DNA from: Stramenopiles sp. TOSAG23-2
Taxonomy: Eukaryota
NCBI GenBank assembly: GCA_900128395.1
Contig: LT649328.1
Coordinates: 1 to 37,299, forward strand
Length of the DNA: 37,299 nucleotides
Direction of reading: 5' to 3'
Shown here: one piece after another, positions 1 through 8,279 of the stretch
How the letters are laid out: every line of letters begins with the position of its first letter
Position numbering within the stretch: position 1 is the first letter of the stretch
Made by a program: the position numbers and the translations under genes
The notes under the pieces: generated by a model
What the model was told of the DNA's origin: nothing
The model's database searches: none
What the model saw: the letters and a program-made list of their open reading frames with translations, nothing else

Positions 1-1
1 A

Positions 2-502
2 CAACTATCTGAACAAGTAGATACAAATGTTAAAGCACTAATCGAAAAAAATAAACGTGTCGAGACGCTAACAGAAACGAATAGGGTTCAAGCAGTACAG
101 GTAGTGACGTTGGAAGAAGACAATGAGCAGCAACAAGTGAAAAATATTGATGCACAGGTTGCAATTGCAGCCATAAAAGGCTTGGTATTGGAGTATCGTA
201 AGGAAAAAGACGAACATGATAAGAAGAGCCGAGTAAATGCAATTGCAGGTGTCGCGGAATATTTAGATGCCATGAAAAAACAGCAGGAAATGGTAACAGA
301 GGCCATGATCAAATCACAAAACGACATGATGGCTATAACCACGCATTTCCATAATAGTGCAATGATGATGCTTCTGCAAAGTCACGAAAAGAAGTTGGCA
401 ATAGGAGAAACTGATTTACGAGGTATTATAAAAGGGTATGCTATACCTGACCTAGTCAAACAACTTATCATATTTGTTGTTGCATTCTGTAAGTGGAATT
501 AA
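2..502 (+). CDS. 3' end of a coiled-coil-like hypothetical protein (5'-truncated by the window)
   Basis: The frame of ORF 104..502 is open back to base 2 (QLSEQVDTNVKALIEKNKRVETLTE...). It has a heptad-like charged composition and a hydrophobic C-terminus. No family recognised. Confidence 0.6.
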   Translation, partial: QLSEQVDTNVKALIEKNKRVETLTETNRVQAVQVVTLEEDNEQQQVKNIDAQVAIAAIKGLVLEYRKEKDEHDKKSRVNAIAGVAEYLDAMKKQQEMVTEAMIKSQNDMMAITTHFHNSAMMMLLQSHEKKLAIGETDLRGIIKGYAIPDLVKQLIIFVVAFCKWN

Positions 503-570
503 AGTTTTCATGTTCCTATTAGGTTATTATAGCAATAGCATTGAAATATTGAAATAAATAGCATTAGCAT

Positions 571-848
571 TAGTGGTGCAGACGGACACGGCACAGCGGG
601 CTGTCAGAGGGCATTTTTGACAGCCCAAGGATTTTAATGCTGTGCAGTGTATTTTTATAAATAGCATAAACACAGCATAATATTTAATAGTGTGTAGGCT
701 TATTTTTCTGTTAGAGGGTATTTTTGACAGCCCAAGGATTTTAATGCTGTGCAGTGTATTTTTATAAATAGCATAAACACAGCATCATATTTAATAGTGT
801 GTAGGCTTATTTTTGATCTGTGAAAAACCACAGCGGGCTCTACCACTA
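571..848. mobile_element. Non-autonomous hAT-like DNA transposon (MITE), 278 bp
   Basis: Termini are TAGTGGT...ACCACTA. A perfect 8-bp direct repeat ATTAGCAT flanks it (563-570 and 849-856). Subterminal direct repeat CACAGCGGGCT at 592-602 and 829-839. An 8-bp TSD and YAGNG-type termini are hAT hallmarks. Confidence 0.8.
601..814. repeat. Tandem repeat, 2 x 107 bp, inside the MITE
   Basis: 601-707 and 708-814 differ at 3 positions. Confidence 0.95.
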
Positions 849-1176
849 ATTAGCATTACACAAAATATTTGATAGGCCGTTTTTTTATTATTCTTTTAAG
901 TAAAGTTATTATAATTACAATTATAAATGAACAACTTATTCTACTTATAGAACACAGTTTTTTTTCTTACATGATAGAAGAGTTGAAAGTCGTATAACCA
1001 TCAACAATTATAAAAACAAACTTTATCCATCTCATCGTATCCATACAATTCCATCCCAAATTACATATTTAATCTTTTTCATATATAAGTATTCTAACAA
1101 TAAAATAGAAGTTATCATTTTTCATTTTTCTGTCAATAATATCCATTTTGATTCATCATTATAAAATTTTAGAGTC

Positions 1177-2208
1177 ATGATTCGAGCACTTCGTTTCAAA
1201 CGTTTAAATAATAAAACTTTCAATACTCCTCCTTGTAAATATGGCAACAAAAAAGTACGAAATATAACTACTACATCTGTGAATGGAGAAGAAAAATGGT
1301 GGAAAAAGAGATATTATGGTACAGATACAAATACCAATGGTAAAAATAATGATAGTAATAATGATAATAATAACGAGCAAACAACGCATTTTGGTTTTCG
1401 TGATGTTGAAAAAAATGAAAAAGAAGATTTAGTACGTGATGTATTTGACTCTGTTGCTGATAATTATGATATTATGAATGATTTAATGTCAGGCACTTTG
1501 CATCGATATTGGAAAAATGAATTTGTGAATACATTGCATCCATTACCTGGCATGCAAATTATTGATGTAGCTGGTGGGACAGGTGATATTGCATTTCGCA
1601 TGCATGATATGATACGTAAAAAAGCTCGACGTGATATAATTGAAAAACGTGGCGATATAAACAATAATGGTGATACTGTAGAAAAGAATAATGTTAACAA
1701 TAGTAGTAATGATAAAATCATTGTATGTGATATCAACACAGAAATGTTACGTGTTGGTGAAGATCGTGCTGTAAAACGTGGATATGATGTTATTAATCAT
1801 TTAAATTTCATAGAAGGTAATGCAGAAAAATTACCATTTGATGATGATTCATTCGATGCATATACGATAGCATTTGGTATCCGCAACGTAACAAATATTA
1901 ACAATGCATTATCAGAAGCAAATAGAGTCTTGAAACGTGGTGGTAGGTTTTTATGCCTTGAATTTAGTCGAGTGGAAAATGATGTATTAAGACAAGTATA
2001 TGATACATATTCATTTAATGTCATACCAAAAGTTGGGGAAATGGTAACAAAAGATCGTGAATCATATCAATATTTAGTTGAATCAATACGCAAATTTCCA
2101 AATCAAAACAAATTTGAAACGATGATACAAAATGCTGGATTTAAATTTGTTACCCATCGTAATTTTACAAATGGTGTCGTTGCAATGCATAGTGGTTTTA
2201 AATTGTAA
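1177..2208 (+). CDS. COQ5: Ubiquinone biosynthesis C-methyltransferase (UbiE/COQ5), mitochondrial
   Basis: Motifs THFGF, [51 protein letters not shown]; basic N-terminal presequence. Confidence 0.96.
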   Translation: MIRALRFKRLNNKTFNTPPCKYGNKKVRNITTTSVNGEEKWWKKRYYGTDTNTNGKNNDSNNDNNNEQTTHFGFRDVEKNEKEDLVRDVFDSVADNYDIMNDLMSGTLHRYWKNEFVNTLHPLPGMQIIDVAGGTGDIAFRMHDMIRKKARRDIIEKRGDINNNGDTVEKNNVNNSSNDKIIVCDINTEMLRVGEDRAVKRGYDVINHLNFIEGNAEKLPFDDDSFDAYTIAFGIRNVTNINNALSEANRVLKRGGRFLCLEFSRVENDVLRQVYDTYSFNVIPKVGEMVTKDRESYQYLVESIRKFPNQNKFETMIQNAGFKFVTHRNFTNGVVAMHSGFKL

Positions 2209-2432
2209 AACAGAAGACGACACAAGGAGAACGGATTGGTATATATATATCATATCTTATGAGAGATGTTTACTTATATGCATAGTGTATGATTGAAATG
2301 ACATACAGTGTATATGTGTGTGTATAAAAGTGTGTTTAAAATATGATAAAGAGACACACCCTTTTCGGTTTGATTTAAAAAAATACATTTTTTACTTTTT
2401 GTTTTTTTGGAAAAACGCACTCTACCCTACTC

Positions 2433-3179
2433 TCATTTTCCCGCTCTCACAAACATATAATATGTACAAAGAAATATGCAGATGATATATGCCATAAACC
2501 GTGTAATAAAAAATAGATTTTGTAAATACCCTTTTAATTTAAAAATACCTCCGATGATTAATAATATGAAGCATGGAAGGAAACGGATGATTCCATTGAA
2601 GAAATCGATTTGTTTGAAGAAACATGTCAATAGATAAAGACCATAACATATGGCACAACTCAAATCAACTTTATTATACAATACACTTCGTTTTGCTTCT
2701 TGTTCATTACGACAATAAAAACATTGTGTAGTATGAAAAAAGGTAGATACAATACCTAACCAGCATATGAAATATGGGTTGTAATTTAAACTTTCATAAC
2801 AAAATTCTTTTACATTTGTTGTTATATCATTTGTTCCTGGAAGAATATTTAAATGATCTATTGTATTTGTTAACGGGTTTACACTAACTTTTTGGTATTG
2901 ATGCCTATTGTTTTTATAACGTCGATGACTACCAATGAAAATTTTATATGCAATATATATATATCCAATATTTGTTAAAATAAATAAGCAACGTATGAAA
3001 TAATGTTCTTTAGCTAAATTTGAGTTAATTTCATGTTTATTATTAGTTGTAAATGATTCAGAAAGAATCTCAAAATATGTTTTTTTTTTATTACTTGTTA
3101 GTGGTAATGGCCCTATTAATGCGCTTGACTTATTATTTCCATTCTTTTTTGTTTTGTTATGACGGTGATGTACAACCAT
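2433..3179 (-). CDS. CREST-superfamily-like (TMEM8/PAQR/ceramidase-like) membrane protein, apparently frameshifted near the C-terminus
   Basis: Several hydrophobic helices, an SxxxH motif (STFFH) and a downstream Asp (KVDL). The expected HxxWH motif (LHGLWH, 2489-2503) lies in another frame that ends at TGA 2447-2449. Confidence 0.65.
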   Translation of the reverse strand: MVVHHRHNKTKKNGNNKSSALIGPLPLTSNKKKTYFEILSESFTTNNKHEINSNLAKEHYFIRCLFILTNIGYIYIAYKIFIGSHRRYKNNRHQYQKVSVNPLTNTIDHLNILPGTNDITTNVKEFCYESLNYNPYFICWLGIVSTFFHTTQCFYCRNEQEAKRSVLYNKVDLSCAICYGLYLLTCFFKQIDFFNGIIRFLPCFILLIIGGIFKLKGYLQNLFFITRFMAYIICIFLCTYYMFVRAGK

Positions 3180-3386
3180 TATTACAAGGGAGGTAGAGTA
3201 TATACGCTAACGCGTGTACGAAGTATATGTTTTGTACGTCATCAATTTGTTGTAAAAAAAAAAAATAGAAAATTATTATTATTATTTTTTTATTATTTTT
3301 TTTTACTCCTATACAGACCGACATTTTCCTTCTTATTCTGTAGCTCTGTGTGTTCCGTTTTCATATATTGTTAATATCAGAACCAA

Positions 3387-3770
3387 TTACAAAGAACGTT
3401 GATGATGGGTACCAACTTTGCCACCGCGACTGTATTGTCTGGTCAATGTTTCGGTCGTTGCACCTGCATCGGATATTGCTTTTTGCAATACAATACGTTC
3501 ACCAACTTTGACACCAATATCACTCCAGTCTTTTTCACTTAATTTTAATGCAATATCTGTTCTGGTCACAGCTGCATCTTCCAAATGTGATAAAATATCA
3601 TCAGCACGTCCACCCATACCATTATCAGATAATGCATTTCTTATTACATCATCAAATGATTGCGATGAAAATGATGCTTTGTTCATCAACAAAAAGCTTG
3701 TTGTGCTTGGTTTTGCAACGGATTGAACCATTTTTTTTGCTGCAGTACGTCCAACTATTAATGAAAACAT
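3387..3770 (-). CDS. Small protein with a mitochondrial-type presequence and a SAM-like domain
   Basis: The N-terminus is Ser/Lys/Arg-rich and lacks acidic residues. LKLSEKDWSDIGVKVGERIVLQKAI fits the SAM C-terminal pattern LxxLxxxDLxxLGIxxGxR. Confidence 0.6.
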   Translation of the reverse strand: MFSLIVGRTAAKKMVQSVAKPSTTSFLLMNKASFSSQSFDDVIRNALSDNGMGGRADDILSHLEDAAVTRTDIALKLSEKDWSDIGVKVGERIVLQKAISDAGATTETLTRQYSRGGKVGTHHQRSL

Positions 3771-4731
3771 GTTTTTTTTTGTTTTTGTTTTATAAAATGA
3801 TATGATTTTAATTTTTATAAAAATTAGAAAATATTTTTTTTTTATTATACAACAAATAAATGTAAAAATATATAATACGATTCAGGGAAAGTTTCTTCTA
3901 TGAAATACGAAAATTGCCTCTATGAAATTTAGGAAAATCTTTTCTATAATTGTTTTCTATATAATAACTTTTCATTTAGTGACTTTGTATGACACACTCT
4001 TGTATTTGTTCTTTGTGACGTGTAAGTTAAAGGAATAAACTTCAATTGGCCACTTGGCCAAAATAAAAAGGCTGTGGATTTAGAAATCGATACTGTTGCC
4101 ATGGTAAATATTTTGTGATAGGAGTATGGGGACTACACCAAAAACTTTTTAAGTATAGTAAAAAAGATTTTAAAATTCCTTAAATTTTATGTACGAATTA
4201 CTCCATAAATGATACAAAATACGGTTGATATAATATCTATTTGAATAAATTTCGGAATAATAGTACTAGCATACACATAGCATTAAACCCCCCGAATCTC
4301 TGGTTATATGTAGGGTTTTACCGTTTTAAGTTACCAAAATAATTATTTATATTGGGGTAGCAATGATAATATCCGATAATTAGTAAACCTGACTAATTTC
4401 AGCATATCTTTTAATATAGTTATTGATGTATGATTTAGTAGATTTAGATTATTTTTGGAGGATAAAAATTCTGAAATGTTATCGATTTTTTTTGACGAAT
4501 AAGTGTTAACATAATGGATGACAAATAACAAAACTTCAATCGTATACGTCAAATGACGTCAAATAATAAAAGAAATTGCAATTAAACAAACCGAACTAAC
4601 CGAACAAAAGAAATGAAAGAGGAACGGTAGGAAGGAAATATACAGATTAAACACTTCATGAACGATTAATAATATATACGAACTGGATATACAATAGTAC
4701 TTGCAGTGTGGTTGCATATTAGAAAGAAACG

Positions 4732-5217
4732 ATGAGTGATTCGATTTCCACCACAGATGTGGAAATAGTGGATATTAATCAAGATATGAACAAGAAGAAC
4801 ATGCAAATTGTTATCGATGATAATGATACTGACAATGATGATGATGGTGGTAATGTCGCAATCCAACCAATTGACATGCTTGTAAAAGAGAACACCAAGA
4901 GAATAAAAGAGAGGAAAAGTGATGAAAAAGAAATTAAATCCGAGGCAGAAGAAGAAGAAGAAGAAGAAGAAGAAGAAACTACTAAAACAAAAAAAAGAAA
5001 AGCAAGAAGAGAAAGAAGAAGGGAAAAAGCTCATCTACGTAATATAAATATTATTCGAGATCAAGTTGCTGAAAATTTAACTTGTTGTAATACATGGCAT
5101 TTCCGTGGTTGTTTTATCTTCTTTTTACTCGTTTGCGTGACTGTATTTTTTGGCACCGTCCTTATAAGATATTCGTATAATATGGATGGACCATTTGCAC
5201 TTTTATCACGTCCATGA
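4732..5217 (+). CDS. Hypothetical single-pass membrane protein (acidic then basic low-complexity region, C-terminal TM)
   Basis: 161-aa ATG ORF with a poly-E tract, a K/R tract, a Cys-rich juxtamembrane segment and a ~20-aa hydrophobic helix. Confidence 0.7.
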   Translation: MSDSISTTDVEIVDINQDMNKKNMQIVIDDNDTDNDDDGGNVAIQPIDMLVKENTKRIKERKSDEKEIKSEAEEEEEEEEEETTKTKKRKARRERRREKAHLRNINIIRDQVAENLTCCNTWHFRGCFIFFLLVCVTVFFGTVLIRYSYNMDGPFALLSRP

Positions 5218-5535
5218 TGCAACCAGAACAATGGTACAAATGACGTTACCATTCATATTTTATATATATATATATGTAGACTAAATACACGACTTCTTAT
5301 TGTAATATTGTTGCTTGTGATGATATTAATTGATATTACGTTTTTCTCCATTCCTTCTCTTTTTCCCCGACACAACATCCATCTGTACACATGTCTACAT
5401 TAATATATATTTTGTTTTTCCTCCACTTTTTTAACCTTTTTTTCTAAATTTTCTTCTCTCCTCATTTTTTTTTTCATTTTTAAGGTCGTTTTAAGGTCTA
5501 TTTTCTATTTTTATATAGGATTATTTTGGTGCTTT

Positions 5536-5742
5536 GAGATCTTCGCCTCGATCTTTTTCGCGAATGCGAATGACGGAGTACTGTTGCTACTCAGATAATA
5601 ATAGTCACAAGTAAATTCTACTGGGGAGTGTTAGTAATGTATCTTTATGTAAAGAGACTTAGGTATTAAGTCTATTATTTTCAGTTAAATCTTTAGCAAA
5701 GACTGGAGTAGCAGGTATGGTAAGCGAAGAGGCGAGGATCTC
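5536..5742. other. 207-nt fold-back element (structured RNA or MITE relic)
   Basis: Nested inverted repeats at 5536-5549/5729-5742 (13 of 14), 5557-5561/5724-5728, 5585-5592/5706-5713 and 5597-5604/5672-5679. Confidence 0.55.
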
Positions 5743-6094
5743 GACTAAAAAGTAAAAAGTTTAAAGTGTGAACTGGGTGAAAGCAAATCTTTTCTTTGAA
5801 AATCCCAACAACAATTTAATATAGAAAGTTATCCCCCCCGAAAATCAATTTTCGGCAAAAATAAATAAAAGAATAGCACACTCTATAATTATATATATCA
5901 TAAAATTAAGCTTTAAAATTAAATGGCACAGGTTTTAAAACGTGTGCCATGCAGATTTTTCTATAAAATTTGCTTAAATATATATAATACTCGACACTGA
6001 CTATTGCCTATTTACCTCTGCTAAAAATTATATCCACAACTATGCATAAAACAAATAAATATATAAAAATAATCATCACACCACCTTCTCATCT

Positions 6095-7078
6095 CTACAC
6101 AGCATTTTCAATATATTCCACAAATGCTTTTCCTAATTTATCACCACCTTGTACACTTGGTTCAACTCTTGCAACATAATCTTTCGTATCTTTACCATTT
6201 AAAATTTCATACATAGGAACAGGTATCACTTTTACACCATCAATTTTAATTTGACTTGTTGCATATTCAAAGATTTTTCGTATACATAATTGTAATTTTT
6301 CAGGATTATCATTATAACCCAATATATTTAACGTATTATCTGCCCAGCTACCACCTTTTTTCTCATCTAAATAATAAATGGTATTAACGAGAATTATTTT
6401 TGGTTTGTTTTTGCTACATACTTTGTTTAAATATTTCGTTGTCTCATTTTTAAACAAATTAATAAAATGTCCTAAACCAAAGGACCACCCTGAATCAATC
6501 ATATTATATGTATTCAATTTTAATAACATAGCTATATTGAAAATGGTACCACAAGTTGGTTTTAATGCAATATCATTTCCACCTAAACTACATATTAAAA
6601 TATCTTCTGGTTGAATGTTATCACGTACAAATTCATCATGCGACATTAAATGGTCACCAGGCCGATCGTTTATTGTCGATTCTTCAATTGCAGCATTTAC
6701 ACAAAAATGATCATTAATAACTTTGGATTCTTTGCAATATTTATTAACAAAATATGCTACATCTGGTTTCATACGTTTAAATCCATTGATATTTTCATAT
6801 CCATTTATTGCTTTTCTCATCCTATTATTTGGTAACCAATATTTATTATCCATTGATGAATCACCAATAAGATAAATTGTTGGTCGTGGATTATTATCAT
6901 CGGTAGTATTCTTTAATTCATTTACTACATGTTGTAAGTGCGGTATCAGATGACCATGGTATTCACTATAATAATCTCTTGTAGTTAAACTATCAATATT
7001 ATTATCGTAATTTGGATTTGTTGTTGAATATTGTGTTTTATCTGCATCTGTATTATAATAATGTGTTCGTTGTGCCAT
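6095..7078 (-). CDS. SGNH/GDSL hydrolase-like protein
   Basis: Block I IYLIGDSSMDN and block III SLGGND are present. The block V position reads RVEPSVQGG instead of DxxHP. Confidence 0.7.
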   Translation of the reverse strand: MAQRTHYYNTDADKTQYSTTNPNYDNNIDSLTTRDYYSEYHGHLIPHLQHVVNELKNTTDDNNPRPTIYLIGDSSMDNKYWLPNNRMRKAINGYENINGFKRMKPDVAYFVNKYCKESKVINDHFCVNAAIEESTINDRPGDHLMSHDEFVRDNIQPEDILICSLGGNDIALKPTCGTIFNIAMLLKLNTYNMIDSGWSFGLGHFINLFKNETTKYLNKVCSKNKPKIILVNTIYYLDEKKGGSWADNTLNILGYNDNPEKLQLCIRKIFEYATSQIKIDGVKVIPVPMYEILNGKDTKDYVARVEPSVQGGDKLGKAFVEYIENAV

Positions 7079-8252
7079 TTTAAATGGTATTTGCTACTTG
7101 ATATCTTTCTCAGTGTATTATTGAATATACTATGTGTTCTGTTGTTGTTTCTTTGGTATGTTAATGTGTATTATAATTTAGGTATGTTATAATGTGCATG
7201 TATATATTATACGTATGATACATACATATAAAGATACGTCGTATTCTGATATATATATATTTTTTGGCAAACAACAACAAAAATGTTGGTCCAATTTATT
7301 TGCCTACCAAAACGACTGTTTTTTTGTCTGCAAATATGAAAATTTGCCCCATTGATTATTAGTTCGTGATTTTTAGTTAAAATCCAAATAATGAGTTTTT
7401 GGTTTTAGCAGACGACTACCTCGTAATCAGACGGTACACGTTGCGTCAATTTTTTTTTTTATTTTTCTATTCCTATAATAAACAGTTCTATGCAAATTGA
7501 TCATTTTTTTTTCCGGTGTGACCAGGGCTTATTCATTGAAATTATTATATTTTAAAATAACCGAAATGATCCCCATGCAAACAATATATTACGGATATTT
7601 TTATTAGTTAAATTTAGTGAACATTATGATCCTAAAATACTTTGTGAAGTTTTTGCAATTTACTTCAAAAATCCATTTGGATTTAGGAAAGTCCATCAGG
7701 ACCTATCCGAGGATTACCAGATTATAAGTGAGGATCGTGTGCCAAAGTTTTTTTCAAAATTAACTCAGTGCTACCCTGACTACCTGCTATTTGTAAAATA
7801 AACTCATTTTCGATGAAGAATGCTCTTCTGTCCGCTAGTATGACTTCCACGTGGCCTGTTTCCCAATTCTAACTCTATGGACAAAAGTTTTATCCCCATA
7901 CGCTAATCTTATGAAACATGGTGTTATATATTATTCATATCTTAATTTATTTTGTCCTCGAATTATACTATATTAATTAGTATAAACAATTGTCTATTTT
8001 ACTGAGATGGGAGATTAAATTTTGTATAAAATTAAAATGTTTGATGTGACGTTATTTCGGTATTTCCGGTTCCAAATTGTACCGAAAACCGAAACATCAA
8101 CAAACAACTTGAATAATAATAACATAAACTAAACTAAAATACAACATGAAAAAGTAGAAGAAAGACATTGAGATATAAGACTGATGAACATAGTAGTCTA
8201 TATACCATAATCTGTAAGTGGTAACATCTATAGGATTTCGGAAAAAAAGAAA

Positions 8253-8275
8253 AGAGAGAGAGAGAGAGAGAGAGA
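8253..8275. repeat. (AG)n microsatellite immediately upstream of a start codon
   Basis: About 11 AG units ending 4 nt before ATG 8280. Confidence 0.9.
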
Positions 8276-8279
8276 CAGA

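Noticed and set aside
601..814. Tandem repeats here and at 13251-13420 as CRISPR arrays
   Set aside because: Each has two long adjacent units without spacers, there are no cas genes, and the context is eukaryotic.
2197..2208. COQ5 C-terminal FKL as a PTS1
   Set aside because: HSGFKL is the conserved family terminus and F is not a PTS1 first residue.
4095..4108. GTTGCCATGGTAAA resembling an RFX X-box
   Set aside because: It is a single imperfect hit, the adjacent genes are not recognisably ciliary, and RFX presence is unknown.
4343..4552. 69-aa minus-strand ORF
   Set aside because: Non-ATG start, short, and no recognisable motif; it could be a relic but is unsupported.
5215..5403. TGA-TGC followed by about 61 open codons: selenocysteine or readthrough
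   Set aside because: The extension crosses a (TA)n run and pyrimidine tracts typical of UTR, and no convincing SECIS (AUGA/GA quartet with apical AA) was found downstream.
7686..7694. GGAAAGTCC resembling RNase P/MRP CR-I
   Set aside because: No matching CR-V or P1 closing helix was found.
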